Assembly: GCA_024278135.1 (NCBI GenBank)
Contig: JAJRTU010000095.1
Location: 1-61,130, forward strand
Direction of reading: 5' to 3'
Source of the DNA: Gammaproteobacteria bacterium
Lineage (GTDB): Bacteria; Pseudomonadota; Gammaproteobacteria; Eutrophobiales; Eutrophobiaceae
Length of the DNA: 61,130 nucleotides
Shown here: positions 47,303-56,132 of the stretch, piece by piece
Layout of the letters: each line of letters begins with the position of its first letter
How positions within the stretch are numbered: the stretch's first letter is position 1
Made by a program: the position numbers and the translations under genes
Notes under the pieces: generated by a model
Told to the model about the DNA's origin: nothing
Seen by the model: only the letters and a program-made list of their open reading frames with translations
Databases searched by the model: none

Positions 47303-48146
47303 GGCAAGCAGGCAGAAGCCGGTACGTGTGATGGCGATCGCCAGCGGCAAAGGCGGTGTAGGTAAGACCAACATTTCCATTAACCTGTCCATGGCCATGG
47401 CGGATCTCGGCAAGGAGGTGATCCTGTTCGATGCGGATCTCGGCATGGCCAATGTTGATGTGCTGCTGGGACTGCATCCTCTGAGGAACCTGTCTCACGT
47501 CATCAGACAGGAATGTGAACTGCAGGACATCCTTATCAATGGGCCGAATAATATCAGGATCATCCCGGCAGCTTCGGGTGTGAAGATGATGGGTCAATTG
47601 ACGGATATACAGCATGCGGCCCTGGTGCATGCATTCGATGACGTGGTGGAGAAAACGGATGTGCTGGTTATCGATACTTCGGCGGGTCTGTTCAGCAGTG
47701 TGCTGTCCTTTTGCGCGGCTTCCCAGGAAGTGATCATCGTCGTTTGCAATGAACCGGCATCGATTACCGATGCTTATGCCCTGATCAAGGTCCTGCATCG
47801 AGACCATCAGGTGGACCGTTTCAGAGTAGTGGTGAATATGATTGATGATCGTGAAGAAGGACGACTTTTGTTCAGACGTCTGGTGCGGGTGTGTGAAAAA
47901 TATCTCGATGTGGTGCTGGATCTGATGGGGATTATTCCCCGGGATCAGAATATCGTCAAGGCCATACAGAAACAACGGGCCTTGCTGCAGACCTATCCCA
48001 GTTCGCCGGCGGCAATAGAGTTCAAGAAAATGGCACAGGCGGCCGATAAATGGCCAGGGGCAAAGCGTGCCAGCGGAAAACTGGAGTTTTTCCTCGAATG
48101 TTTGATCGACGGACATACTGCAGAGCAGGCCGGGGTACGGTCATGA
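47292..48146 (+). CDS. flhG: MinD-type ATPase FlhG/FleN (flagellar number control)
   Basis: Deviant Walker A SGKGGVGKTN. ATG 47292 overlaps the flhF stop and is preferred over 47253. Confidence 0.9.
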   Translation: MNIKASRQKPVRVMAIASGKGGVGKTNISINLSMAMADLGKEVILFDADLGMANVDVLLGLHPLRNLSHVIRQECELQDILINGPNNIRIIPAASGVKMMGQLTDIQHAALVHAFDDVVEKTDVLVIDTSAGLFSSVLSFCAASQEVIIVVCNEPASITDAYALIKVLHRDHQVDRFRVVVNMIDDREEGRLLFRRLVRVCEKYLDVVLDLMGIIPRDQNIVKAIQKQRALLQTYPSSPAAIEFKKMAQAADKWPGAKRASGKLEFFLECLIDGHTAEQAGVRS

Positions 48147-48889
48147 GCAGTAATCTGGCGGTATATACGGAAACGGCCCGGGGAACGGAACAGGGACAGG
48201 ATGAAATCGTGATGCAGCATGCGTCACTGGTAAAGCGAATTGCCTATCATTTAATGAGTCGTCTGCCTTCCTGTGTGCAGGTGGAAGACCTGATACAGGC
48301 GGGCATGATTGGATTGCTGGAGGCGTCGAAAAATTATGATCCGGATCAGGGTGCAAGTTTTGAAACTTATGCCGGGATACGTATTCGCGGTTCGATGCTG
48401 GATGAAATACGCAAAGGCGACTGGGCACCACGATCCCTGCATAGAAAGGTCAGGGAGATATCACAGGCGATACGTGAAATTGAAGGTGAGCAGGGCCGTG
48501 ATGCCAGGGATGCAGAAGTCGCCGCCAGACTGGAATTGAGCTTGAATGAGTATCACCAGGTATTACAGGATGCCAACAGTCATCACATATTGAGTTTTGA
48601 GGATCTGCCATCCAAAGATTCCGGTATGACTGATGGTTTGAGTGGGAAAATAGCAGGGCCGCTGGAGTCGTTAATGGAAGATGATACACGGAGCTTGCTG
48701 GCGAGGGCTATCGATACCTTGCCGGAACGTGAACGGCTGGTAATGGCGCTGTATTACGACGAAGAACTGAATCTGAGAGAAACAGGCGAAGTGCTGGGCG
48801 TCAGTGAATCACGGGTTTGTCAGATTCATTCGCAGGCCATGATTCGATTGCGAGCACGTGTCGCACAGATTATTGAAGGTGATGCATGA
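48143..48889 (+). CDS. fliA: Flagellar sigma factor FliA (sigma-28)
   Basis: Region 2 (DLIQAGMIGLLEASKNYD). Region 4 (LNLRETGEVLGVSESRVCQIHSQA). ATGA overlap with the flhG stop. The track start 48050 was rejected. Confidence 0.9.
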   Translation: MSSNLAVYTETARGTEQGQDEIVMQHASLVKRIAYHLMSRLPSCVQVEDLIQAGMIGLLEASKNYDPDQGASFETYAGIRIRGSMLDEIRKGDWAPRSLHRKVREISQAIREIEGEQGRDARDAEVAARLELSLNEYHQVLQDANSHHILSFEDLPSKDSGMTDGLSGKIAGPLESLMEDDTRSLLARAIDTLPERERLVMALYYDEELNLRETGEVLGVSESRVCQIHSQAMIRLRARVAQIIEGDA

Positions 48890-48975
48890 GTGCTGGCCAC
48901 TGTCTTTCAATCGAATGCCCGACAGAGAAAAGAATATGATATTGATGCAAATGGAGGTTTACCGTGAATAAAAAT

Positions 48976-49356
48976 ATGAAGATTCTTATTGTAGATGATT
49001 TTTCCACTATGAGACGAATCATCAAGAATTTGCTTCGCGATCTTGGTTTTAACAACACCATGGATGCAGATGACGGGACGACTGCTTTACCCATGTTGAA
49101 ATCAGGGAATTTTGATTTTCTGGTGACCGACTGGAATATGCCTGGAATGCAAGGTATCGATCTGCTGAAAGCCGTGCGCCAGGATCCGGAGCTGGCAAGC
49201 CTGCCGGTATTGATGGTGACAGCGGAGTCAAAAAAAGATCAGATAATCGAGGCCGCACAGGCCGGAGTGAATGGCTATGTGGTCAAGCCGTTTACCGCGC
49301 AGACCTTGAAAGAAAAAATAGAAAAAATATTTGAAAGACTGGATGCTGCCGCATAA
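48976..49356 (+). CDS. cheY: Chemotaxis response regulator CheY
   Basis: Motifs [27 protein letters not shown] and VVKPF. Confidence 0.95.
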   Translation: MKILIVDDFSTMRRIIKNLLRDLGFNNTMDADDGTTALPMLKSGNFDFLVTDWNMPGMQGIDLLKAVRQDPELASLPVLMVTAESKKDQIIEAAQAGVNGYVVKPFTAQTLKEKIEKIFERLDAAA

Positions 49357-49371
49357 ACAGGAGGACCTTTT

Positions 49372-50118
49372 ATGGAAGCTGCTATAGCGACTTCGAAAGA
49401 AGTGGATGATGATCGCCTACAACAGGCCTTAATGCTTGTTACTGCCCTTGAAAAGGGTGAAGAGCCGACAGTTGAAAAAATAATTACCGATCTCGCCGGC
49501 ACGTACAACGCTTCTCTGTTCAGTGAAATCGGCCAATTGACCCGCCAGGTGCATGATGCGCTGGGTTTTTGCGGCGATGAGGCCCGTATCAGCGATATTG
49601 CCGAACATGAAATTCCCGATGCTCGCGAACGTCTGCGCTATGTCATCGAAAAGACGGAACATTCAGCCAACCGCACTCTGGATATAGCGGAAGTGCTTCT
49701 ACAGGGTTCCGATCATCTGGCCAATCAGGCTGCCGACATGAAAAGTGAATGGCAACGGTTTTCTCGTCGGGAAATGAGTGTGGAGGAGTTCCGCGAACTG
49801 AGTCATAAACTGGAAGATTTTCTGGAAAAGATCGGTTCCGATGCAAAAAAGTTCCGCAGTGATATTTCTGATCTGATGGTGGCGCAGGACTTCCAGGATC
49901 TGACTGGACAGGTGATTAAACAGGTGATTGATCTGGTACAGGAAGTTGAGGACGGGCTGGTCAACGTGATTCGCAATGCGGGGCAGGGAAGTACGCAGGT
50001 GAAATCGCCTCACAGAGATATCAAGGCGGAAGGTCCCCAGGTAAACCCGATAGCAAAGGAAAATGTGGTGAACAATCAGGACGAGGTCGATGATCTGTTA
50101 TCCAGTCTGGGTTTTTAG
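49372..50118 (+). CDS. cheZ: CheY-P phosphatase CheZ
   Basis: FQDLTGQVIKQV active-site motif. C-terminal DEVDDLLSSLGF CheY-binding peptide. Confidence 0.9.
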   Translation: MEAAIATSKEVDDDRLQQALMLVTALEKGEEPTVEKIITDLAGTYNASLFSEIGQLTRQVHDALGFCGDEARISDIAEHEIPDARERLRYVIEKTEHSANRTLDIAEVLLQGSDHLANQAADMKSEWQRFSRREMSVEEFRELSHKLEDFLEKIGSDAKKFRSDISDLMVAQDFQDLTGQVIKQVIDLVQEVEDGLVNVIRNAGQGSTQVKSPHRDIKAEGPQVNPIAKENVVNNQDEVDDLLSSLGF

Positions 50119-50157
50119 AAAGACAGTCAGGCGAACAGCAGAGAAAAGGGAAGCAAA

Positions 50158-52179
50158 GTGTCGATTGATATAAATGATGAAATTGTTCAGGACTGTCTTG
50201 TCGAAGTCGGGGAAATTATAGAACAACTCGGCGAACAGCTTGTGACTCTCGAAACCCGGCCTGACGACGGAGATATTCTGAATTCAGTCTTTCGCGGTTT
50301 TCATACAATCAAGGGAGGTGCCGGTTTCCTGGCACTGGATCCACTGGTCGACGTTTGTCACAAAGCTGAAAATATTTTTGATTTGTTGCGACGGGGCGAA
50401 CGGACGGTGAATGCGGATTTGATGGACAGTATACTGCATGCGCTGGATTCCATTCAGGATATGTATACACAGATCCAGCATGGCAATATGCCCGATCCCG
50501 CCGATGCCGCATTGATCGGGAAACTTGAAAACTACTCCCGGGCTGAAACTGTTGAAAAGGAAGTAATCGAGTCTGACGCAGCGGCACAGGAGCACGGGGG
50601 AGAACCGACTACGCCGGATACAACGGCGGGTGATACGGAGATGTCGCTGGATACCGGCAGTGAAAGCAGTGAACAGGGCAGTGCTTCTGAGGATATCTCT
50701 GAAGAAGAGTTTGAGAAACTGCTGGATGAACTGCATGGGGAAGGTAAATTTTCTGTTGTCGAACAGACGACGGAAACCCGGAAGATGGATGAAGCCGATA
50801 CCGGTGCTCGTGATGAGATTAGCGAGGATGAATTCGAGGCACTGCTGGATGAATTGCAATCACAGAACAAGGGCGCCTTTACGGTAAAGCCAAACAGTAA
50901 TACAGAACGTCAGGTTGCCGGTACGGATGATCCTGTCGTTGCTGTTGACAACAGTCCTGCTGCAGGGCGGGAAAAGCCTGCTGATCCGGTGCCGGAGAAG
51001 AAACCCGTCGCTGAAACAACAGTTCGTGTGGAAACAGGAACACTGGATCGTATTATGAATATGGTGGGTGAACTGGTGTTACTCAGGAACCGGCTGGTCA
51101 ATCTGAACACCATTATTGGCGACGATGAGATGTCGGTCGCGGTCGGCAGCCTGGACGTGGTGACGGCAGATTTACAGTCGTCGGTAATGAAGACACGCAT
51201 GCAGCCGATTAAAAAGATTTTCGGCCGTTTTCCCAGAGTCGTACGGGACGTTGCCAGAAGTCTTGACAAGCAGGTGGTGCTGGAGACGCGTGGTGAAGAT
51301 ACGGATCTGGACAAAAACCTGGTCGAAGCATTGACGGATCCGCTGATACATCTGGTACGAAATGCAGTGGATCACGGTGTTGAGATCCCGGCAGTTCGTG
51401 AAGCCGCTGGAAAACCGGCACAAGGGAAGATCATGCTGTCTGCGCAACAGGAGGGCGATCACATCCTGCTGGAAATCGCTGACGATGGTGCGGGTATGGA
51501 TGCGGACGTGTTACGACGAAAGGCCGCGGAAAAAGGATTAATGGATGAAGCGGCCGCAGCCCGGCTGAGCGATAAGGAGTGTTATAATTTTATTTTTCTG
51601 CCCGGTTTCTCCACCAAGGAACAGGTCACGGATATTTCCGGTCGCGGCGTCGGTATGGATGTTGTCAAAACCAGACTGAACCAGCTCAGTGGTTCCGTGG
51701 AAATTGATTCGGTTCTGGGTAAAGGGACAACGATTTCGATCAGGGTGCCATTGACGCTCGCCATTATGCCCACTTTGATGGTATCGCTGGGCAGCAGGGA
51801 ACAAATATTTGCTTTGCCATTGGTCAACGTCAACGAGATTCTGGATCTGGATGAGAGCAAAATAAATATTCTGGATGGGCACAAAGTGATGCTGTTACGT
51901 GGTAAACCTTTGCCGCTGTTTCGCCTGAACAGCTGGCTTACGCCTGAGCATAGTGATGAATTGAACAGCGGTCATGTCGTGGCGGTTAAAATCGGCACTC
52001 TACACATGGGCTTGCTGGTGGATAAATTGATTGGCCGCGAAGAAGTCGTCATCAAGCCGCTGGGCGCCCTGTTGCAATCAACCAGTGGTCTGACCGGCGC
52101 GACAGTGACGGGGAACGGTAAAATTGCCCTTATTCTCGATCTGCCCGGCCTGGTCCAGGCCCATGCCCACATGCGTTAG
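50158..52179 (+). CDS. cheA: Chemotaxis histidine kinase CheA (cluster 1)
   Basis: Hpt FRGFHTIKGGAGF. Long acidic linker. P3 LDRIMNMVGELVL. Kinase boxes (HLVRNAVDHG, DDGAGM, GRGVGMD). C-terminal CheW-like P5. GTG start. Confidence 0.95.
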   Translation: MSIDINDEIVQDCLVEVGEIIEQLGEQLVTLETRPDDGDILNSVFRGFHTIKGGAGFLALDPLVDVCHKAENIFDLLRRGERTVNADLMDSILHALDSIQDMYTQIQHGNMPDPADAALIGKLENYSRAETVEKEVIESDAAAQEHGGEPTTPDTTAGDTEMSLDTGSESSEQGSASEDISEEEFEKLLDELHGEGKFSVVEQTTETRKMDEADTGARDEISEDEFEALLDELQSQNKGAFTVKPNSNTERQVAGTDDPVVAVDNSPAAGREKPADPVPEKKPVAETTVRVETGTLDRIMNMVGELVLLRNRLVNLNTIIGDDEMSVAVGSLDVVTADLQSSVMKTRMQPIKKIFGRFPRVVRDVARSLDKQVVLETRGEDTDLDKNLVEALTDPLIHLVRNAVDHGVEIPAVREAAGKPAQGKIMLSAQQEGDHILLEIADDGAGMDADVLRRKAAEKGLMDEAAAARLSDKECYNFIFLPGFSTKEQVTDISGRGVGMDVVKTRLNQLSGSVEIDSVLGKGTTISIRVPLTLAIMPTLMVSLGSREQIFALPLVNVNEILDLDESKINILDGHKVMLLRGKPLPLFRLNSWLTPEHSDELNSGHVVAVKIGTLHMGLLVDKLIGREEVVIKPLGALLQSTSGLTGATVTGNGKIALILDLPGLVQAHAHMR

Positions 52180-52220
52180 TCCGATAAACGAAAGAGAAAT
52201 GCTTTAAATCCAACTGGATA

Positions 52221-52390
52221 AAGTAAAACGTGTCAGGCACGGATGATCGGGCACGGATGAGTGAAAAGTAAAACGTGTCAGGCATGGATGATCGGGTACG
52301 GGTGAGTGAAAAGTAAAAAGTGTAGTAAAAACATGTCTGTGTAGTAAAAACGTGTCAGGCACGGATAAAAACGTGTCAGGCACGGATGGG
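52221..52390. repeat. Tandem/direct repeat array in the cheA to parC-like intergenic region
   Basis: Two 45-bp units (52221-52265 and 52266-52310) are 42/45 identical and are followed by degenerate partial units. The 20-mer AAAACGTGTCAGGCA(C/T)GGAT starts at 52225, 52270, 52347 and 52368. Confidence 0.9.
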
Positions 52391-52392
52391 AT

Positions 52393-52408
52393 CGGCAGGA
52401 AACTTGCA
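52393..52408 (+). promoter_or_regulatory. Candidate sigma-54 promoter of the parC-like/cheW unit
   Basis: CGGCAG-GAAAC-TTGCA (GG-N10-GC spacing correct). It lies directly after the repeat array and 60 nt upstream of ATG 52468. Confidence 0.45.
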
Positions 52409-52467
52409 AGTGTCAATCCGAGATATTGTCTAATCACCGATACTGAACACACAAGAAAAGCAAGGCT

Positions 52468-53271
52468 ATGACTATCTGGACTGTCGCCAATCAAAAAGGT
52501 GGTGTGGGCAAGACCACCACTTCCGTCTCGCTGGGCGGTTTGCTGGCGCAAAGGGGCGAAAAAACACTGCTTGTTGACCTGGATCCCCACGGCTCGCTTA
52601 CCAGCTATTTTGGTTACAACCCCGATACCATAGAAGAAAGCGTTTATTCTCTGTTTCATCGGCAGGTGGCGAAATCACGTATGCCCTTTGCCAGCATGTT
52701 GCGCCGTACCGGCATGTCAGGTCTGGATCTGTTGCCGGCCAGCACGGCACTGGTTGCACTGGACAGGCAAATTGGTGCTCAAAAAGGTATGGGACTGGTG
52801 CTCCATGATGTGTTGAACAATTACCGCTCACACTACCGCGCCATTATTATCGACTGTCCACCCATTCTGGGTGTGTTGATGGTGAATGCGCTGGCAGCCT
52901 GTCAACGGCTGATTATTCCGGTGCAGGCGGAATTTCTTGCCTTGCACGGTCTGGAGCGCATGTTGAAAACCCTGCAGATGATCATGTTTTCCAACAAGGA
53001 GAGCCTGCATTACACGATCGTGGCGACGATGTTTGATAAACGCACACGGGCATCGAAGGATTCTCTCAAACAATTACGTCGCCGCTATGCGGGGCAACTC
53101 TGGCATGAATATATTCCTGTGGATACGCTGTTCCGGGAAGCAAGCAGGGCCGGTCAACCCTTATGTATGCTGAATCCGCTGGCGAGGGGAAATCAGGCCT
53201 ATTCACGTCTTTTATCACAGTTGTTGATTGAAGATGAGCAGGGCGGTGAATTAATGAGAAAAGCTGGATGA
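52468..53271 (+). CDS. ParA/MinD-family ATPase, ParC-like (chemotaxis-array partitioning type)
   Basis: Deviant Walker A NQKGGVGKTTT. It occupies the position between cheA and cheW, as for Vibrio ParC and its Pseudomonas homologue. Confidence 0.8.
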   Translation: MTIWTVANQKGGVGKTTTSVSLGGLLAQRGEKTLLVDLDPHGSLTSYFGYNPDTIEESVYSLFHRQVAKSRMPFASMLRRTGMSGLDLLPASTALVALDRQIGAQKGMGLVLHDVLNNYRSHYRAIIIDCPPILGVLMVNALAACQRLIIPVQAEFLALHGLERMLKTLQMIMFSNKESLHYTIVATMFDKRTRASKDSLKQLRRRYAGQLWHEYIPVDTLFREASRAGQPLCMLNPLARGNQAYSRLLSQLLIEDEQGGELMRKAG

Positions 53272-53465
53272 AGCGGAAAAAGACAATGTCGACCGAATTT
53301 GCCGGCGAAGCGGAAGTGATCATGGGCGCCTATCTGAATACCTTGATCAACAGGGAGGATGACAAGGCATCTACGGGTACTGCGGAGGAGACGAATACCG
53401 AGATCGTCGACTTTAAAGGATTTGGCACAGAGCATGCTTCATTTCTATTGAAACAAAGCAAATGA
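53268..53465 (+). CDS. Small acidic hypothetical protein in the ParP slot
   Basis: 65 aa. Its ATG overlaps the parC-like stop (ATGA), which suggests translational coupling. It has no CheW-like domain. Confidence 0.4.
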   Translation: MKRKKTMSTEFAGEAEVIMGAYLNTLINREDDKASTGTAEETNTEIVDFKGFGTEHASFLLKQSK

Positions 53466-53504
53466 CTTAATTTTGACGGTTAACCAACAGGTTGAGGAAG
53501 CGGT

Positions 53505-53999
53505 ATGAGCGAAAGTGCCTTGAAACAGGAGAGTGCAGCGCCGGACGAAAGTCTGCAATGGGTCACCTTTCAGGTGGCGGATGAGATTTATGGTGTCAAC
53601 GTATTGCAGGTTCAGGAAGTGCTGAAATTTGCCGAGATCACGCCGGTGCCCGGTGCGCCTTCTTTTGTGCTGGGCATTATAAATTTGCGCGGCAATGTTG
53701 TGACGGTTATCGATATGCGGACCCGATTCGGACTGCCATCAAAGGAAGCGGATGATGTGACCAGGATAATTTTCGCGGAAACCCATGGCCATATTATCGG
53801 CATGCTGGTGGACAGCGTGACCGATGTTATCAATCTTCGACCTTCACAGATAGAAATGCCGCCCGGTGTCAGAAAAGAAGAGAACAACAGTTCTCATTAC
53901 GTCGAGGGTGTCTACAGCACCGATGAAAGGATACTCACGCTGATAGATGTGGAGAAACTGTTTAATGATGAAGAATTGTCCGAGGAAGCCGGGTTTTGA
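53505..53999 (+). CDS. cheW: Chemotaxis coupling protein CheW (cluster 1)
   Basis: 164 aa. Motifs YGVNVLQVQEV, INLRGNVVTVIDMR and GMLVDSVTDV. Confidence 0.95.
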   Translation: MSESALKQESAAPDESLQWVTFQVADEIYGVNVLQVQEVLKFAEITPVPGAPSFVLGIINLRGNVVTVIDMRTRFGLPSKEADDVTRIIFAETHGHIIGMLVDSVTDVINLRPSQIEMPPGVRKEENNSSHYVEGVYSTDERILTLIDVEKLFNDEELSEEAGF

Positions 54000-54233
54000 C
54001 CCCCGAAGAGCAAGAGTGTGACGGAATTAAATAAAATTCAACCCGCGCTGCGTATTCACTCCACGTTGAAAGGTCAGCATGACAGTCGAAAAAAGAAAAA
54101 CAGGAATAAAAGTAAAAATAATAATGAACGGGATCTGCACAGCAGTCAGGACAGGAAAGTCGATGAATACATTTAAAAGTAACCCGAACAAACAATCGAG
54201 GATCTGAACATCATCGCGCTGGAAACAATATTA

Positions 54234-54614
54234 TTGCCCCTGCTGGCCGTATGCATACTGCTGCTGGTGTTGCAAACGGTCAAACTCATCAAGTTGACGG
54301 CCAGGGTCCGGCAACAGGGCGGTACATTAACCGAACTCAGACAGGAGCTGTCGGCCCTGTTGTCGTGTGAACGGGGCATGGGCCGGCGTATCAGGCAGCA
54401 ACAGCAGCAATTCCTCAGTATTATCGAGCGTCAGGACAAGCTGGAAATCAGTGATGTATCGAATACCAGCTACAAACAGGCAATGGTTCTGCTGCAAAAG
54501 GGGGCCAGCACGGATGAGTTGATAGAAGCCTGTGATCTGTCCAGGGGTGAACTCGATTTACTCTCCAGGTTAAAACTCAATCCGAAATCAATCAGCGGGT
54601 CTCCGCTGCTGTAA
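54234..54614 (+). CDS. DUF2802-type protein (flagellar/chemotaxis-cluster associated)
   Basis: N-terminal TM segment, coiled coil and a C-terminal helix-turn-helix-like tail (YKQAMVLLQKGASTDELIEACDLSRGELDLLSRL). TTG start; the start is uncertain. Confidence 0.6.
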   Translation: MPLLAVCILLLVLQTVKLIKLTARVRQQGGTLTELRQELSALLSCERGMGRRIRQQQQQFLSIIERQDKLEISDVSNTSYKQAMVLLQKGASTDELIEACDLSRGELDLLSRLKLNPKSISGSPLL

Positions 54615-54772
54615 TTCTTCAGAGAATCCGCAGGACGAACGGTTTTGTTCTGTTGTTTTTCCGCTGAAGTCACGATGACCGTGGTAAATCTGTTAAATCC
54701 CGGATACCCGTTTCTGTTCCCGGTGTGTTGCTACGCCAACGGCTCTCGCCGCCGGTAAATACTTCTACAGAC

Positions 54773-54799
54773 TAAAGATATTCCCGGAATCGTCGTTAT
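54773..54799 (+). promoter_or_regulatory. Weak candidate sigma-28 promoter of the MCP gene
   Basis: TAAAGATA-N11-GTCGTTAT (6/8 and 5/8 to consensus). Confidence 0.3.
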
Positions 54800-54854
54800 A
54801 GCGGACAGAACTTTTTTTGTTTTGGATCGTTACTGGTGGAGTAGGAGACGTTTT

Positions 54855-56132
54855 ATGCGCTGGTTTAAAAAGCAGGAGATAGAGGTCAAACTGGTATTCA
54901 TCGTTGCCATTTGTGGCCTGGTTATATCAGCCTCATCCTGGCTGGTGCTTTCTTCCCTTGCCAGGGGAAACAGCGATGTGGCCGCATGGCAAGCCGGCGA
55001 TACCGGTAGTATGCCGGAAGTCGTTGCAGCAATGAGTAATATGAACATGATTATTCCCCCGGGCGCTGTTGAGATAAGCGCCATTGTTCTTGGGGGGATG
55101 GTATTGCTTGCTTTGATGATTTATCAGCTCATCAGGAAAAGTGTTGTCGCCCCGGCACAAAGGCTGGAAACGGCAGCCAGGGCACTCGCTCAAGGTGATC
55201 TGACGACACATATTCAGTGCCACGGAGATGATGCACTCGCCAGGGTGGGATTCGCTCTCAATGGTATGGCGACGGAGTTCAAACAGATGCTGGATGAGAT
55301 TTCAGCATCAGCCACGCTGGTAACGAGGGCCAGTGAAAAACTGATCGCCATAGCCGAACAGGCCAATAACGAAACATCGAAGTTGAAAGTAGAGACTGAG
55401 AAGGTCGCCAATGCAATGAACGAGATGTCGCTGACATCATTGCAGGTGGCAGATGATGCCAGGCAGACCGTCGAACCCGCGACCGTCGCTCACAAGGAAG
55501 CATTGAAAGAAAAGGGGATGATGAATAAGGCAGCAAACGCCATCCACCTGCTTGCTGAAGAAATTGAAAGTGTTGCCGACGTGGTTGAAAAGTTGCAAAA
55601 AGACAGTAGCGATATCGGGACTGTACTGGATGTGATTCGTGATATCGCCGAACAAACCAACCTGCTGGCACTCAATGCTGCAATCGAAGCTGCCAGAGCA
55701 GGTGAACAGGGCCGGGGTTTTGCTGTTGTTGCCGATGAAGTCAGGACTCTGGCCAACCGGACTGAAGATTCGACAAAGGAGATCCAAAGCATGATTGAGC
55801 GACTTCAACAAGGCTCAAGGGAAGCTGTGCAGGTAATGAGTGACAGTCGTGGCAGGGCGGAAGATACAGTTGAGCAGGCGGCCGTGATCCAGAATATGTT
55901 GTTAACGATTACCGAGCATGTTGAAAGCACCAATAATATGTGTTCCAAAATTGCGACGGCGGCCATTGAGCAGAATGTCGTTACAGAAGAGATGAATAAG
56001 AACATCACCATGATTAATGACATCACTCACAGCTCAGAGAGAAGCTCATTACAGATAGCGGATGCCAGCAATGAACTGGCCGGTCTGTCCACGGGTTTCC
56101 AGCGTTTGCTGAGCCGATTCAAGACCGGCTGA
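54855..56132 (+). CDS. Methyl-accepting chemotaxis protein with a very short periplasmic loop
   Basis: Two TM segments separated by about 40 aa. HAMP domain. MA domain ([37 protein letters not shown]). ATG 54855 with an AGGAGA RBS is preferred over 54822. Confidence 0.9.
   Translation: MRWFKKQEIEVKLVFIVAICGLVISASSWLVLSSLARGNSDVAAWQAGDTGSMPEVVAAMSNMNMIIPPGAVEISAIVLGGMVLLALMIYQLIRKSVVAPAQRLETAARALAQGDLTTHIQCHGDDALARVGFALNGMATEFKQMLDEISASATLVTRASEKLIAIAEQANNETSKLKVETEKVANAMNEMSLTSLQVADDARQTVEPATVAHKEALKEKGMMNKAANAIHLLAEEIESVADVVEKLQKDSSDIGTVLDVIRDIAEQTNLLALNAAIEAARAGEQGRGFAVVADEVRTLANRTEDSTKEIQSMIERLQQGSREAVQVMSDSRGRAEDTVEQAAVIQNMLLTITEHVESTNNMCSKIATAAIEQNVVTEEMNKNITMINDITHSSERSSLQIADASNELAGLSTGFQRLLSRFKTG

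Noticed and set aside
48050-48142. Upstream extensions of ORFs in the track: fliA from 48050, flhG from 47253, fliI from 35123, flhF from 46034, cheY from 48964 and fliC from 16718.
   Set aside because: The extensions overlap the preceding genes extensively. Internal ATGs reproduce the canonical N-termini of each family and give typical ATGA or short overlaps.
48890-48975. Possible sigma-28 promoter between fliA and cheY (CCCGACAG as the -10).
   Set aside because: Matches are 5/8 at -10 and 3/8 at -35, which is not distinguishable from chance. cheY may be co-transcribed with fliA.
52221-52390. Possible CRISPR array.
   Set aside because: The repeats are contiguous and nested (45-bp units with 13-bp and 20-bp sub-repeats). 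They lack unique spacers of uniform length, and no cas genes are nearby.
52204-52659. 151-aa minus-strand ORF across the repeat array and the parC-like start. Its translation shows repeated PDHPCLTRFTFHS segments.
   Set aside because: The apparent protein repeats are just the translated DNA repeats. The ORF also overlaps the Walker A-encoding start of the ParA-like gene.
54079-54210. 43-aa basic ORF (MTVEKRKTGIKVKIIMNGICTAVRTGKSMNTFKSNPNKQSRI) in the cheW to DUF2802 gap.
   Set aside because: It is short and low in complexity, has no RBS and no recognisable family. It is more likely to be leader sequence of the DUF2802 gene.
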